Part shown: piece after piece, positions 44,859 to 56,123 of the stretch
Layout: each line of letters starts with the position of its first letter
How positions within the stretch are numbered: the first letter of the stretch is position 1
Assembly: GCA_034409195.1 (NCBI GenBank)
Contig: DAOUMT010000079.1
Coordinates: 1-58,954 of the forward strand
From: Dehalococcoidia bacterium
Lineage (GTDB): Bacteria; Chloroflexota; Dehalococcoidia; SZUA-161
Length of the DNA: 58,954 bases
Direction of reading: 5' to 3'
The notes under the pieces: generated by a model
The model's input: only the letters and a program-made list of their open reading frames with translations
What the model was told of the DNA's origin: nothing
Databases searched by the model: none
Program-made: the position numbers and the translations under genes

Positions 44859-45509
44859 ATGATGGCAAGTTACTATCCTATCTTCCTGGATTTGAAAGGC
44901 AAAAGGTGCATAGTGGTTGGTGGAGGTTCGGTGGCAGAGCGCAAGGTCGACATGTTTCTTGAACACCAGGCATCGGTGACAGTGATAAGTCCGACGCTAA
45001 GCCGAAGGTTGCACCATCTTGCGGACCAGGGTGCCATTCAAACGATTAACCGGAATTACCGCGCAGGCGACCTTAAAGGAGCCTTCCTGGTTATCGCTGC
45101 TACCGATGACCCGTCTGCCAACGCTGCCATAGCAGAGCAATGCAGAAAACAGGGGGTGCTGGTAAATGTCGTTGATGACCCCAGGCACTCGGATTTTATC
45201 GTTCCGTCAATGGTGCGCCGCGGCGACATCACAATTGCAATCTCCACGTCAGGTAAGAGCCCGGCGCTGGCCCGCAAGCTTCGCACGCTGCTGGAGCAAG
45301 CTTTACCTGCAGAGTACGCTTCCCTGGTAACACTTGTCTCAGAAGTACGACAGGAACTAGCTCAACGACGGAGTCCGGTGGACAGCGATGTTTGGCAGAG
45401 ATGCCTTGATATTGATATACTAATAGAGATGATAAAGAAAGGCCAGCTTAAAGAGGCGCGCCAAAAACTCGTTGACGACCTGCTCGCCGCAGAAAGTACA
45501 ACACGGTAG
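44859..45509 (+). CDS. sirC: Precorrin-2 dehydrogenase / sirohydrochlorin ferrochelatase (CysG N-terminal-like)
   Basis: 216 aa. YYPIFLDLKGKRCIVVGGGSVAERKV is the hallmark N-terminus. Confidence 0.8.
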   Translation: MMASYYPIFLDLKGKRCIVVGGGSVAERKVDMFLEHQASVTVISPTLSRRLHHLADQGAIQTINRNYRAGDLKGAFLVIAATDDPSANAAIAEQCRKQGVLVNVVDDPRHSDFIVPSMVRRGDITIAISTSGKSPALARKLRTLLEQALPAEYASLVTLVSEVRQELAQRRSPVDSDVWQRCLDIDILIEMIKKGQLKEARQKLVDDLLAAESTTR

Positions 45510-45511
45510 CT

Positions 45512-46762
45512 ATGACGAAGGAAAAAATCGCGGTTGTAGGGCTGAACCACAAGACGGCACCCGTTTCTCTTAGGGAGAGAGTAGCTTTAAGTCCCAGCCT
45601 TTTGAAAGATGCTCTGGAAACGCTCCCCAAATATATGAACCAGGGTGTTATTCTCTCTACCTGTAACCGCACAGAAGTGTATACAACTTGTGGCACGAAA
45701 TCTTCTTCCGTCAAGGCCCTTGAATTTCTCAGTGCTCAGAGTGGAATACCAACTGAGGAACTCACGCCTCACCTGTATACCCTCTGGGAGAAAGAAGCAG
45801 TGAGCCACCTTTTCCGGGTAGCAGCGGGGCTGGAGTCCATGATACTGGGTGAATATGAGGTGCTGGGCCAGGTGAGACGGGCAGCGGAGGAGGCTAAGAG
45901 CAGCGGCCTCGTTGGTTATTCCTTGTTCGAACTCTTTGGACAGGCAGTCAGAGTTGGCCGAAAGGTGCGGGAGGAGACCGATATAAGCAAAAATGCTGCC
46001 TCCGTTAGCTCGGCAGCAGTGATGCTGGCAAAAAAACTATTTGGCGACCTGGGGCACCGTCAGGTACTTCTGATCGGTGCTGGTGAGGCGGGAACGCTGG
46101 CGGCCAAGGCGCTGGTCAAGGTTGGGGCATGCCAGGTCACAGTAGCAAACCGCTCCTACTCGAAATCAGCCGCTCTGGCGGCTGAAGTGAAAGGTGCCGC
46201 TATCCCCTTCCAACAGCTGAGCGAGGCGCTGAGCCAGGCCGATATACTTATCGGTTGCAGTGCTGCCCCACATTACATCATCAAGCCCCCTATTGTTCGC
46301 CAGGTGATGGGGGCTCGCCCATCACGTCCACTTATGGCTATCGATAGCGCTGTGCCTTGTAACATAGACCCGAAGGTTAAGAACATAGACGGGGTCACCC
46401 TGTATAACATAGATGACCTCAGCTCGGTGGCCGAGGTGAACCTTCAGCTCAGAGAGCAGGAAACAACGAAGGCAACAGCCATTATCGATGCTGAAGTAAG
46501 CAAGTTTATGGACTGGCGCAATACGCGGGATATGACACCCATTATCAAGGCACTGGTAGACAGGGCTGAAGAAATACGCACCGCTCAACTATCCAGAGCC
46601 CTGGGAGAAATCCACGACCTATCCGCGGAGGATAGGGTGCGTCTGGATGCCATGACGCGAGCCATAGTCAAAAATCTGCTGCACAAACCTATCTCATGTC
46701 TCAAAAAACAGAATGGACATAATATTCAAGCTATTAAGGAAATTTTCGACCTAGAGGTCTGA
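45512..46762 (+). CDS. hemA: Glutamyl-tRNA reductase
   Basis: 416 aa. VVGLNHKTAPVSLRE, LSTCNRTEVY and ILGEYEVLGQV motifs. Confidence 0.9.
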   Translation: MTKEKIAVVGLNHKTAPVSLRERVALSPSLLKDALETLPKYMNQGVILSTCNRTEVYTTCGTKSSSVKALEFLSAQSGIPTEELTPHLYTLWEKEAVSHLFRVAAGLESMILGEYEVLGQVRRAAEEAKSSGLVGYSLFELFGQAVRVGRKVREETDISKNAASVSSAAVMLAKKLFGDLGHRQVLLIGAGEAGTLAAKALVKVGACQVTVANRSYSKSAALAAEVKGAAIPFQQLSEALSQADILIGCSAAPHYIIKPPIVRQVMGARPSRPLMAIDSAVPCNIDPKVKNIDGVTLYNIDDLSSVAEVNLQLREQETTKATAIIDAEVSKFMDWRNTRDMTPIIKALVDRAEEIRTAQLSRALGEIHDLSAEDRVRLDAMTRAIVKNLLHKPISCLKKQNGHNIQAIKEIFDLEV

Positions 46763-46766
46763 TGGT

Positions 46767-47705
46767 TTGGCAGCAGCAAAGCGGCTGGTAGTCGGTTCCA
46801 GGGGCAGCAGGCTCGCAGTGATACAAGCAGAGGAACTCATAGGGCAACTGAGAAATGCAGTGCCTCAGCTTGAACTCAGCCTCGTTAAGATAAGAACTCA
46901 GGGCGATAGAGACCGCAAATCCCCCCTCAGCCAAATAGGCGGACGCGGAGTCTTCGTAAAGGAACTGGAAAACGCCTTGCTCAAGGGCAAGATAGATGTG
47001 GCCGTGCATAGCCTTAAGGATATGCCCAGCCAGCTTGACCCCGGGCTTCAATTGGCAGCAGTGCCAGTGCGACGGGACCCGCGGGACGCCCTGGTCTCAG
47101 GCTCAGGCAAGACTCTATCCCGATTACCTGCCGGGGCACGCATCGGTACCGGCAGCCAGCGACGGGCTCTGGAACTGCAGGCTTTCCGTCCCGACCTCGA
47201 GGCATGTCCGTTGAGAGGTAATATCGATACACGAGTGAGCAAGGTATGTCCCGGAGGGTTAGATGGGGCTATTATCGCTGCTGCTGCTCTGGAACGCATG
47301 GGATGGCAGGACAAAGTGACTGAATACTTACCTGTCAAGTTTTTTTTGCCCGCGGCATGCCAGGGAGCACTGGGAGTAGAAACGAGAGCAGGAGACGGGG
47401 CAGCAGAAACAGTAGCTATAGTAAATGATGAAGTTAGCTGGCAGACCACTGCTGCTGAGCGTGCATTCCTGCGCACTCTGGGTGGCGGCTGCCGGTCTGC
47501 CATAGCTGCTATGGCGCGCGTGGAAGGTGATATACTGCAGATAGAGGGGATGGTAGCAGGATTGCTATCGGGCAAGACCATCAGAGCAAAACTAACGGGC
47601 TCGCGGCAGATGCCCGACGAGCTCGGTAAGAAGCTGGCTGAGAAGCTGTTAGATATGGGTGCTGCAAAGCTTATTGAGGAGACGCCGCTATCTACGAGTC
47701 AGTGA
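46767..47705 (+). CDS. hemC: Hydroxymethylbilane synthase (porphobilinogen deaminase)
   Basis: 312 aa, TTG start. VGSRGSRLAVIQAE, AVHSLKDMPS and the C-terminal GGGCRSAIAA with the cofactor Cys. Confidence 0.9.
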   Translation: MAAAKRLVVGSRGSRLAVIQAEELIGQLRNAVPQLELSLVKIRTQGDRDRKSPLSQIGGRGVFVKELENALLKGKIDVAVHSLKDMPSQLDPGLQLAAVPVRRDPRDALVSGSGKTLSRLPAGARIGTGSQRRALELQAFRPDLEACPLRGNIDTRVSKVCPGGLDGAIIAAAALERMGWQDKVTEYLPVKFFLPAACQGALGVETRAGDGAAETVAIVNDEVSWQTTAAERAFLRTLGGGCRSAIAAMARVEGDILQIEGMVAGLLSGKTIRAKLTGSRQMPDELGKKLAEKLLDMGAAKLIEETPLSTSQ

Positions 47706-49228
47706 AGGGCAAAGTATATCTCGTGGGCGCCGGGCCTGGTGACCCTGAACTCATCACACTCAAGGCTGCCAGGTATCTGGCTGAGGCTGATGTTGTCATT
47801 TACGACAGGTTAATAGACAACCGTCTGCTCGAAGAGGTTCCGGCCAAAGCGGAGTTGATATATGTGGGCAAGAAAGCGGGACATCACACCCTTAAACAGC
47901 CTGAAATAAACCAGCTTCTGGTAAACAAGGCCAAAGAGGGTAAGACTGTTGTGAGGCTCAAAGGGGGAGACCCCTTTCTTCTGGGACGCGGCGGTGAAGA
48001 GGCCGAGGCTCTGGCGGAAAATGATATCCCCTTCGAGGTAGTCCCCGGCGTTACTTCCGCGACGGCGGTGCCCGCTTACGCTGGCATACCGGTAACTCAT
48101 CGCAGTTTCGCTTCGTCATTAGCTATAATTACAGGGCATGAGGACCCCACCAAGGGTGATTCCAGCATTGCCTGGGATAAGCTAGCCACCGGTGCTGATA
48201 CCCTGGTTTTCCTTATGGGGATGGGCAATCTGGCGCAGATAGCCGATGAGTTGATAAAGAACGGTCGTTCACCGTCGACTCCAGTCGCTGTCATTCGAGA
48301 CGGTACCACACCTCGCCAGCAGACTATTGTGGGCACGATCGCCGATATCGCTGCCAAAGCCGCCAACAGCGGTATCGAGTCCCCGGCGTTAATCGTGGTC
48401 GGAGATGTGGTACGGCTCAGGGAGCGATTGAGCTGGTTCGATAACCAACCCCTCTTCGGTAAACGGGTGCTGGTGACCAGGACAAGAAAGCAGGCCAGTA
48501 TCCTGAGCCAACTCCTTGCCCGTCACGGTGCCTTCGCGGTAGAATTACCCACCATTGAGATAGAGGTTATCCCTGACAGCAAAGAGCTTGACCGAGCTAT
48601 TAGCCGCCTGTCAGACTACTTATGGCTCATCTTCACCAGCGCTAATGGTGTCGAAATCTTCTTTGGACGTCTGCGCGCACTGGGCCGCGATGTGAGGGCA
48701 TTGGGTCAAATCAAATTATGCGCCATCGGCCCCGCTACGGCCGCTGCCCTGGAGCGCTTCGGACTCATAGCTGACCGCATCCCCCGCGAGTATGTTAGCA
48801 AGGCTATAGCAGACAGCTTCAAGGACGAAGACCTATCAGGTAAGCGTATTCTCCTGCCGCGAGCGGCAGGTGCCACACCTGAACTGGCTAACAGGCTCAG
48901 TGAACTTGGAGCTAAAATAGATGAGATAGCCATCTATCGAGCCGTTTCACCAAAATCAGGCACAGCGGACGGTAAACAAATGTTGCTTGCGGGTGAAATT
49001 GATATCACTACCTTTACCAGCTCGTCCACAGTTGAGCATCTGGTTTACCTGCTCGGCTCAAAGTGGGAAGCTGTGAACCGGACCAGGATTGCCTGTATCG
49101 GACCTGTCACAGCGGCAACTGCTGCCAGGCTGGGTGTGCGCGTAGATGTGGTAGCAAAAGAGCATACTATACCCGGCTTGGTTCAAGCCATAATCGAGGA
49201 CTGCCGAAAAGGCGAGGAGGTTTCCTAG
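47702..49228 (+). CDS. cobA: Bifunctional uroporphyrinogen-III C-methyltransferase / uroporphyrinogen-III synthase
   Basis: 508 aa, GTGA overlap start. N-terminal [18 protein letters not shown] and [10 protein letters not shown] (SUMT). The C-terminal half is HemD-like. Confidence 0.85.
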   Translation: MKGKVYLVGAGPGDPELITLKAARYLAEADVVIYDRLIDNRLLEEVPAKAELIYVGKKAGHHTLKQPEINQLLVNKAKEGKTVVRLKGGDPFLLGRGGEEAEALAENDIPFEVVPGVTSATAVPAYAGIPVTHRSFASSLAIITGHEDPTKGDSSIAWDKLATGADTLVFLMGMGNLAQIADELIKNGRSPSTPVAVIRDGTTPRQQTIVGTIADIAAKAANSGIESPALIVVGDVVRLRERLSWFDNQPLFGKRVLVTRTRKQASILSQLLARHGAFAVELPTIEIEVIPDSKELDRAISRLSDYLWLIFTSANGVEIFFGRLRALGRDVRALGQIKLCAIGPATAAALERFGLIADRIPREYVSKAIADSFKDEDLSGKRILLPRAAGATPELANRLSELGAKIDEIAIYRAVSPKSGTADGKQMLLAGEIDITTFTSSSTVEHLVYLLGSKWEAVNRTRIACIGPVTAATAARLGVRVDVVAKEHTIPGLVQAIIEDCRKGEEVS

Positions 49229-50202
49229 TGGCTTCATTTCCTCAGCTTAGACTTCGCCGCTTGCGCCGCACCGATGCACTCAGAAAGATGCTGCAAGAGA
49301 CCACGCTGCATGTGAACGATCTTATCTATCCTCTGTTCATCGTCCCGGGACGCGGCGTCAGGAAGGAGATTTCCTCTCTTCCAGGTAATTTCCATCTTTC
49401 CTCTGACCTTCTGGCTAAAGAGGCCGAGAGCATAGCGAAGCTGGGCATCCCGGCCATACTGCTCTTCGGCTTACCTCAAACCAAGGATGAAATAGGTTCC
49501 GGCGCCTACAACGCAAAAGGAGTTGTCCAGAAGGCAATCAAGGAGATTAAGCGGGCTGTGCCGGAAATGGTCATAGTCACCGATGTCTGCCTTTGCGAGT
49601 ATACCGAGCACGGGCACTGCGGGGTGGTAATAGACGGGCATGTAGATAATGACAGCACTCTGGAGCTTATAGCCCGGACTGCCCTGTCACATGCCGAAGC
49701 AGGAGCGGATATGGTAGCACCTTCCGCTATGATGGATGGCCAGGTGGCTGCCATCCGCAGCGAACTGGATGCCAATGGATTCAAGGACACCATTATCCTA
49801 TCCTATGCAGCCAAATATGCCTCGGCCTTCTACGGACCTTTTCGGGAGGCGGCTGAGTGCGCTCCGCGCTTCGGTGACCGCCGCCCCTATCAACTCGACC
49901 CTCCCAACATGCGCCAGGCTCTACGCGAGGTGGAGCTGGATATACAGGAGGGGGCTGATATCATTATGGTCAAACCGGCGCTTGCCTATCTGGATATCAT
50001 CGCCCACGTGCGCTATCGTTTCCACTACCCTGTAGCCGCCTATAATGTCAGCGGTGAGTTCGCCATGGTCAAGGCAGCCGCCCGAAAAGGCTGGCTCGAT
50101 GAGAAAGCCTGCGTCAGGGAGGTGCTTACGGCGATAAAGAGGGCAGGCGCAGACCTCATCATCACCTACCATGCGAAGGAGGCAGCCCGTTGGTTGAAAT
50201 AG
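49228..50202 (+). CDS. hemB: Porphobilinogen synthase (ALA dehydratase)
   Basis: ORF 49063-50202. The GTG at 49228 lies 8 nt after [21 protein letters not shown], the Cys-rich Zn site [14 protein letters not shown], and active-site MVKPA. Confidence 0.88.
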   Translation: MASFPQLRLRRLRRTDALRKMLQETTLHVNDLIYPLFIVPGRGVRKEISSLPGNFHLSSDLLAKEAESIAKLGIPAILLFGLPQTKDEIGSGAYNAKGVVQKAIKEIKRAVPEMVIVTDVCLCEYTEHGHCGVVIDGHVDNDSTLELIARTALSHAEAGADMVAPSAMMDGQVAAIRSELDANGFKDTIILSYAAKYASAFYGPFREAAECAPRFGDRRPYQLDPPNMRQALREVELDIQEGADIIMVKPALAYLDIIAHVRYRFHYPVAAYNVSGEFAMVKAAARKGWLDEKACVREVLTAIKRAGADLIITYHAKEAARWLK

Positions 50203-51515
50203 GGCATACCGATATAGGGGCAGGACTAGACAGAAAGGGCTCCGACAGGCTGTTCGCCGAGGCAAAGCGCTATATTCCCGGCGGAGTCGACAGCCCGGTG
50301 AGGGCCTTTCGCGCCGTGGGCGGCAGACCGCTCTTCATCAGTAAGGGGCAGGGGTCTCATATCTACGATGTTGACGGCAACGCTTTCATAGACTACGTCT
50401 GCTCCTGGGGACCGCTTATCCTGGGCCATGCCCATCCGCGAATAGTCGCTGCCCTAAATAGCGTCATCGAAAAAGGAACTAGCTTCGGCGCGCCTACAGA
50501 AAGAGAAACCATCCTCGCCAAGATGATAACCAGCGCCATGCCTTCCATGCAGCTCGTGCGCTTTGTCAATTCAGGCACGGAAGCTACTATGAGCGCCCTT
50601 CGGCTGGCACGGGCCTTCACAGGCAGGGACAAGATATTGAAATTCTCCGGCTGTTACCACGGACACTCCGACGGCCTTCTGGCTAAAGCAGGGTCAGGAA
50701 TTACGACTTTGGGTCTGCCCGACAGCGCCGGCGTGACGAAGGCTTATACCAGAAACACCATCGTCGCAGCTTATAATAACCTGGAAGGGGTAAGAAAGAT
50801 TTTCAGCCGCTTCGGCAGACAGATCGCAGCTATCATCATTGAGCCAGTGGCAGCTAACATGGGCGTAGTGCTGCCCAAGCCCGGTTTCCTGGAAGGCTTG
50901 CGCCGTATTTCTGCTGACAACGGCAGCTTGCTTATTTTCGATGAAGTGATAACCGGCTTCCGCCTTGCCTACGGCGGAGCGCAGAGCTTATATGGGGTGA
51001 CACCCGACCTGACCTGTCTGGGCAAGATTATCGGTGGAGGCCTGCCCGTAGGCGCCTATGGTGGGCGAAAGGATATCATGGAACTGGTGGCTCCTCTCGG
51101 GCCCGTATACCAGGCTGGCACTCTGTCAGGCAATCCCTTAGCTATGGCTGCCGGGATTGAGACCCTGAATATTCTGCGTGAGCCAGGCACCTATGAGAAG
51201 CTGGATAAGCAAACTGCTCTGCTGGCTCAAGGGCTGGAGAGAGCAGCGGCAAAGGCCGGAGTTCGGCTGTCAGCCACCCAGGCAGGCTCTATGCTGACCC
51301 CATTCCTCAACCCCGGCGATGTGACCGACTACGACTCAGCTCTGTCTTCGGACACAGCTCTCTACGCCCGTTTCTTCAATCACATGCTGGAGCAAGGTAT
51401 CTATCTGCCGCCATCGCAATTTGAAGCAGTTTTCACATCTTTAGCCCATACTGAGGAAGACATTGATAAAACTCTCGCTGCAGCTTCTGTGGCTTTTGGT
51501 GCCTGTGGAGCATGA
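50190..51515 (+). CDS. hemL: Glutamate-1-semialdehyde 2,1-aminomutase
   Basis: 441 aa. The TTG start lies 7 nt after [28 protein letters not shown] and the PLP-lysine region CLGKIIGGG. Confidence 0.88.
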   Translation: MVEIGHTDIGAGLDRKGSDRLFAEAKRYIPGGVDSPVRAFRAVGGRPLFISKGQGSHIYDVDGNAFIDYVCSWGPLILGHAHPRIVAALNSVIEKGTSFGAPTERETILAKMITSAMPSMQLVRFVNSGTEATMSALRLARAFTGRDKILKFSGCYHGHSDGLLAKAGSGITTLGLPDSAGVTKAYTRNTIVAAYNNLEGVRKIFSRFGRQIAAIIIEPVAANMGVVLPKPGFLEGLRRISADNGSLLIFDEVITGFRLAYGGAQSLYGVTPDLTCLGKIIGGGLPVGAYGGRKDIMELVAPLGPVYQAGTLSGNPLAMAAGIETLNILREPGTYEKLDKQTALLAQGLERAAAKAGVRLSATQAGSMLTPFLNPGDVTDYDSALSSDTALYARFFNHMLEQGIYLPPSQFEAVFTSLAHTEEDIDKTLAAASVAFGACGA

Positions 51516-51558
51516 AGCAGTCCCCTGCAAAAGCCGGGGGAGGAGGTGAAGATGAAGG

Positions 51559-51996
51559 ATGAAGGAGACACAAACTGAGCAGGCGTCCCATAGAAAGAAC
51601 GTCCCGCTGCTGAAGAGAAAGCGGTTTATCTTCGTCGGCGCGATCGTGTTAATAGCCATAGCCTTCGTGGCCTATATAGGTTTCAGCAAATTCGCCACAT
51701 ACGATATTACTGTGAGCCAATTCGTGGCACAAAGTGATTCCTATGCTGGCAAACAGGTGCGGGTAGTCGGTGAGGTCGTCCCTGGCTCTGTGAACCAAGA
51801 TAGCCAGAATTTCACCCTTAGCTTCATTATGGCTGACGGTAACACAAGCCTTCCTGTCGTCTATCAGGGTGTCGTACCCGATACATTCAAAGAGGGCACT
51901 GATATCGTGGTAGAAGGTAAAAGCGACCAACAGGGAGTGTTCCATGCAAGCCAGCTAATCACCAAATGCCCGTCCAAATACGAGCCTTCGAGTTAG
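51559..51996 (+). CDS. ccmE: CcmE haem chaperone, CxxxY variant
   Basis: 145 aa. N-terminal TM anchor and OB-fold body. The C-terminal LITKCPSKYEPSS has Cys where proteobacterial CcmE has the haem-binding His (HxxxY). Confidence 0.8.
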   Translation: MKETQTEQASHRKNVPLLKRKRFIFVGAIVLIAIAFVAYIGFSKFATYDITVSQFVAQSDSYAGKQVRVVGEVVPGSVNQDSQNFTLSFIMADGNTSLPVVYQGVVPDTFKEGTDIVVEGKSDQQGVFHASQLITKCPSKYEPSS

Positions 51997-52030
51997 GTTT
52001 GTCCATGCAGCGTGAGCAGGAGTTTGGTCT

Positions 52031-53995
52031 GTGGCTGATATCGGTTATATTGCGTTAGCTCTGGGCTTTTTTGTCTCTATCTGCACAGCAGCTGCCTTAT
52101 TCTGGGGGCAGATGCGGAAAAACTCGAAACTGACAGCCACTGCCCAAATCGGTGTATTTGCCGTTTTCGGGTTGGTTTCCTTATCTGCGATAGTCCTCAT
52201 CTATGCCCTGATGGCCCATGATTTTCAGCTGGAGTATGTTGCCTCGTATACCAGCCGAGATATGTCCTGGCCCTACCTGTTCAGTGCCTTCTGGGCCGGT
52301 AACGCCGGCTCGCTGCTATTATGGGGTTGGCTACTCACTTTCCTTGCAGTGGTCATGGTGCTCTGGAGAAGAAAGACTACCAGAGAGCTGCTCCCTTATG
52401 CTTCATCAGTGGTGATGCTGGCTGTTGCCTTCTTTTTGCTATTGCTCGCTTTTATTGTCAACCCGTTCGCGAAGCTATCTGTGGTACCGGCTGATGGCAA
52501 CGGACTGAATCCTTTGCTGCAAAACGCGGGCATGATTTTCCATCCGCCGGCTCTGCTGGCTGGATTCGCTGCATTGACGCTTCCCTTCGCTATTGCTATG
52601 GCTGCTCTGATAGCCAGAAGGAAAGACCGTGACTGGCTGGTCGATCTGAGACGATGGTCATTGATTGCCTGGATATTCCTGAGCATAGGCAATGTGCTGG
52701 GGGCCTGGTGGGCTTACGTCGAGCTGGGGTGGGGAGGATACTGGGGCTGGGACCCTGTAGAGAACATGTCGTTTATACCCTGGGTGGCAACAACTGCTTT
52801 GCTTCACTCCATAATCCTGCAGCGTACAAAAGGAGGAAACAGGACTTGGACTATCGGCCTCGCCATTGTTGCTTTCAACCTGGCCATTCTCGCTACTTTT
52901 ATCACCCGGACGGACGTGCTTTCCTCGGTACATGCTTTCAACAACACAGGCATAGGGCCGGCATTACTTGGCTTCATAGCATTATGTCTGATTATTCCTT
53001 TGGTTTTACTCTTCAGCCGCCGCAACCTTCTCAAGGGTGACCGGAAACCAAGCCCCATAGTCTCCAAAGAAAACGGTTTTCAAGCCATCAACATCATTTT
53101 CATTATTGCGTCCGCCATTGTTTTAATAGCAACACTAGCCCCTCTTATCACCCAACTGGCAAACGGGAGTAAAGCCAACCTGTCACCTTCTTTCTACAAC
53201 GTAGTAGTCGGCCCTATCTTCCTGGTGATAATCCTGCTCATCGGAATCTGCACCCTCACAGGATGGCGGCATGAAGCAGCCCTGACCTTACTGCGAAGGT
53301 TAAGCCTTCCACTGATAATATCCGTCATACTGGGTATAACACTGGTGCTCGCCACGTCGATAGCAAGCTGGGCTGCAATTTCTTTTGCTTTGTGTTTCTT
53401 TGCAGCCTGCACTATTCTTATCGAGTCGTACCGCATGATAAAGGCGCGGAGCCAGGCAAGGGGCGAGAATCCTGTCAAAGCGCTCGCAGGGTCACTCAGC
53501 GGGAGCAGAGTGCGTTACGGCGCGATGGTAATCCATTTAGGTATTATCCTTATCGCTGTCGGCGTTATCGGCTCTTCGGCCTTGACAGCACAGAAGAATG
53601 TCTCCCTTTCTCCCGGGCAGTCAACAAATCTGAACCAGTACACTCTTACCTATGACGACCTGGAGAGTCGCTCCACATCTTCCACATACGATGTGAGAGC
53701 CATCGTGTCCGTGCAAAATGGCGGGCAGGTTATCGATCAACTCACGCCCGAGAAGGTATTTTACATCAACTCCATGCAGCCGGTGACCGAAGTCGCCATC
53801 CGGTCTACACTGCGCGAAGATTTATACGTCATTCTGGCCGGGTGGAGCAACGATAACACCGCCCAATTTACCATAATGGTCAGACCGGCTGTAAAATGGA
53901 TATGGATTGGCGGCGGATTTCTTATGTTCGGAGGTATCATTGCCCTTTGGACGCCAAAGAGGAGAAAAGATTTGCCTGACCAAATGGACACGTAG
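52031..53995 (+). CDS. ccmF: CcmF cytochrome c haem lyase subunit
   Basis: 654-aa polytopic ORF with the WGGYWGWDPVEN tryptophan-rich (WWD) motif. Confidence 0.88.
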   Translation: MADIGYIALALGFFVSICTAAALFWGQMRKNSKLTATAQIGVFAVFGLVSLSAIVLIYALMAHDFQLEYVASYTSRDMSWPYLFSAFWAGNAGSLLLWGWLLTFLAVVMVLWRRKTTRELLPYASSVVMLAVAFFLLLLAFIVNPFAKLSVVPADGNGLNPLLQNAGMIFHPPALLAGFAALTLPFAIAMAALIARRKDRDWLVDLRRWSLIAWIFLSIGNVLGAWWAYVELGWGGYWGWDPVENMSFIPWVATTALLHSIILQRTKGGNRTWTIGLAIVAFNLAILATFITRTDVLSSVHAFNNTGIGPALLGFIALCLIIPLVLLFSRRNLLKGDRKPSPIVSKENGFQAINIIFIIASAIVLIATLAPLITQLANGSKANLSPSFYNVVVGPIFLVIILLIGICTLTGWRHEAALTLLRRLSLPLIISVILGITLVLATSIASWAAISFALCFFAACTILIESYRMIKARSQARGENPVKALAGSLSGSRVRYGAMVIHLGIILIAVGVIGSSALTAQKNVSLSPGQSTNLNQYTLTYDDLESRSTSSTYDVRAIVSVQNGGQVIDQLTPEKVFYINSMQPVTEVAIRSTLREDLYVILAGWSNDNTAQFTIMVRPAVKWIWIGGGFLMFGGIIALWTPKRRKDLPDQMDT

Positions 53996-54013
53996 CAGGA
54001 GTTCCGGTTAATA

Positions 54014-54748
54014 ATGGATGTTATGGCTGCACAGACGGATGGGAACGCCATCGAGGTCAAACGGCTGACTAAGGTCTATGGTGAACATTACGCCCTGAGG
54101 GGCATAGACCTGAGCGTCAAATGGGGTGATTTCCTTGCCATTTTCGGCCCCAACGGAGCCGGTAAGACCACTTTACTCAAGGTGTTAGCCACCATAGTCA
54201 AACCCTCCTCAGGCGACGTATCAGTGGCCGGATTCAATTTAAGTGAAGATGCAGTCAAGGTCAGGAACCGAATCGGGGTCGTCTCTCACCAGACGCTGTT
54301 GTATGATGACTTAAGCGCCTACGAGAACCTGAAATTCTATGGTAAGATGTACGAGGTTATCGATTTGAAAAACAGGATAAACCAACTGGTGACGCAGGTC
54401 GGACTTGAATCCCGCCTGCACGAGCCCGTACGCACCCTGTCCCGAGGAATGCAGCAGCGGCTGGCTATCGCCCGGGCATTGATTCACGACCCGCCCATCC
54501 TGCTTCTCGATGAGCCGGGCACTGGCCTGGACCAACAGGCAAGCGCTATGCTTGCCAACATCATTATTTCGACACTCACCAGACAACGCACTGTAATTAT
54601 GACCACCCACAGTTTGGAACAGGGGGCAGCCCTGAGCAACCGCGTAATAATTATGGCCGATGGCAAGATTGCTTATGAAGGAACCAAACAACAGAACCTC
54701 GGCAGCCTGCGAGAAGCCTATTACCAACATACAGGGGTGAAGAATTGA
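54014..54748 (+). CDS. ccmA: CcmA, ABC ATPase of the haem exporter
   Basis: 244 aa. Walker A GPNGAGKTT, signature LSRGMQQRL, Walker B LLLDEP. Followed by ccmB and ccmC. Confidence 0.8.
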   Translation: MDVMAAQTDGNAIEVKRLTKVYGEHYALRGIDLSVKWGDFLAIFGPNGAGKTTLLKVLATIVKPSSGDVSVAGFNLSEDAVKVRNRIGVVSHQTLLYDDLSAYENLKFYGKMYEVIDLKNRINQLVTQVGLESRLHEPVRTLSRGMQQRLAIARALIHDPPILLLDEPGTGLDQQASAMLANIIISTLTRQRTVIMTTHSLEQGAALSNRVIIMADGKIAYEGTKQQNLGSLREAYYQHTGVKN

Positions 54749-55416
54749 GAGGTGCTGCCAGCAAAACTCTGGCCATAGTGTGGAAGGATATCACCTCTGA
54801 GATGCGAACGAAGGAGATTGCAACCTCGCTGATTGCCTTCGCACTGCTCGTAATAGTAGTGGTCAGCTTCACCCTGGAGCCAGGCGAGAATAATGGCTCG
54901 TTTGCTGCGGGTATCCTTTGGGTTGCCCTTACCTTTGCCGGGGTATTAGGCTTGAGCCGTTCTTTTATCATAGAGAAGGACAAGGGCTGCCTTCAGGGGC
55001 TGATGTTATGTCCAGTAGATAGAAGTATCCTCTATCTGGGGAAAATGCTCAGTATCCTGGTCTTTATGATAGTGGTAGAGATAATCATATTGCCTGTTTT
55101 CATCGTCCTTCTCGACCAGTCGGGTTTTCCACCTCAACTGGCAGTCATTGCGCTTCTTGCCACCATCGGTTTCGCTGCTGTGGGAACATTGTTCTCAGCC
55201 ATGGCAGTCAACACCAGGGCACGAGAGGTGATGATGCCCCTTCTCTTCCTTCCCATAGCATCGCCAGTAATCATTGCAGCCATAAAATCCACCGCGCTCG
55301 TTCTATCAGGCGAATCCTGGGGTGCTATAGCATCGTGGCTGGGAGTGATGGCAGCTTTCGATGTAATCTTCCTGGCAGTATCACCGCTGGTATTCGAGTT
55401 TGTAATCGAGGAATGA
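54745..55416 (+). CDS. ccmB: CcmB haem exporter membrane subunit
   Basis: 223 aa, about 6 TM, TTGA overlap with ccmA. Confidence 0.75.
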   Translation: MRGAASKTLAIVWKDITSEMRTKEIATSLIAFALLVIVVVSFTLEPGENNGSFAAGILWVALTFAGVLGLSRSFIIEKDKGCLQGLMLCPVDRSILYLGKMLSILVFMIVVEIIILPVFIVLLDQSGFPPQLAVIALLATIGFAAVGTLFSAMAVNTRAREVMMPLLFLPIASPVIIAAIKSTALVLSGESWGAIASWLGVMAAFDVIFLAVSPLVFEFVIEE

Positions 55417-56123
55417 GAAAGCAAGAACAAATGAAGAGCCGGAAACAAAATGCGCGTATCATCAATGGCCTTCTCGGACTCACCTTCCTGACCATGTTGG
55501 CAGCGCAGTTCCTCATCTTTGTTTACGTACCCACTGAGCAGACAATGGGCGTAGTGCAGAGGATATTCTACTTTCATGTTCCTCTGGGCTGGAACGCATT
55601 TCTTGCCTTTGCGGTTGTCTTTGTATGCAGCATTCTCTACCTGCTGCGGAGGGACAAGAAATGGGACAGGCTGGCCCGTTCCTCAGCAGAAATTGGCTTG
55701 ATCTTCACCACTCTGGTCCTTATAGCGGGTACAATCTGGGACAAGCCAGCGTGGGGGACCTGGTGGACATGGGACCCCCGCCTTACCACTACCCTTATCC
55801 TGTGGTTTATCTACCTTGCCTACCACCTTGTGACTGTGTATGCTACGGAGGAATCCCAGGGCGCCAGATATGCTGCAGTGGTAGGCATTATCGGTTTTCT
55901 GGACGTCCCCATAGTTGCCCTGGCTATTGTTCTCTGGCCAACTCAGCACCCCAGCCCGCTCATATTCGAAGGCGGGTTAACAGGCTCCATGATGCTGACT
56001 CTTATGGTCTCCATTGTCGCCTTCACTCTGTTGTATGTCAGCTTACTTATCCTGAGAACTTCGCTCAGACACGATACAGATGAGATAAAAAAATTGAAGC
56101 AATATATGGAAGAAAGGAACTAA
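55413..56123 (+). CDS. ccmC: CcmC haem exporter/haem-handling protein
   Basis: ORF 55335-56123. The start MRKQEQMKSRK at 55413 forms an ATGA overlap with ccmB. WWD-type motif WGTWWTWDPRLT. Confidence 0.82.
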   Translation: MRKQEQMKSRKQNARIINGLLGLTFLTMLAAQFLIFVYVPTEQTMGVVQRIFYFHVPLGWNAFLAFAVVFVCSILYLLRRDKKWDRLARSSAEIGLIFTTLVLIAGTIWDKPAWGTWWTWDPRLTTTLILWFIYLAYHLVTVYATEESQGARYAAVVGIIGFLDVPIVALAIVLWPTQHPSPLIFEGGLTGSMMLTLMVSIVAFTLLYVSLLILRTSLRHDTDEIKKLKQYMEERN

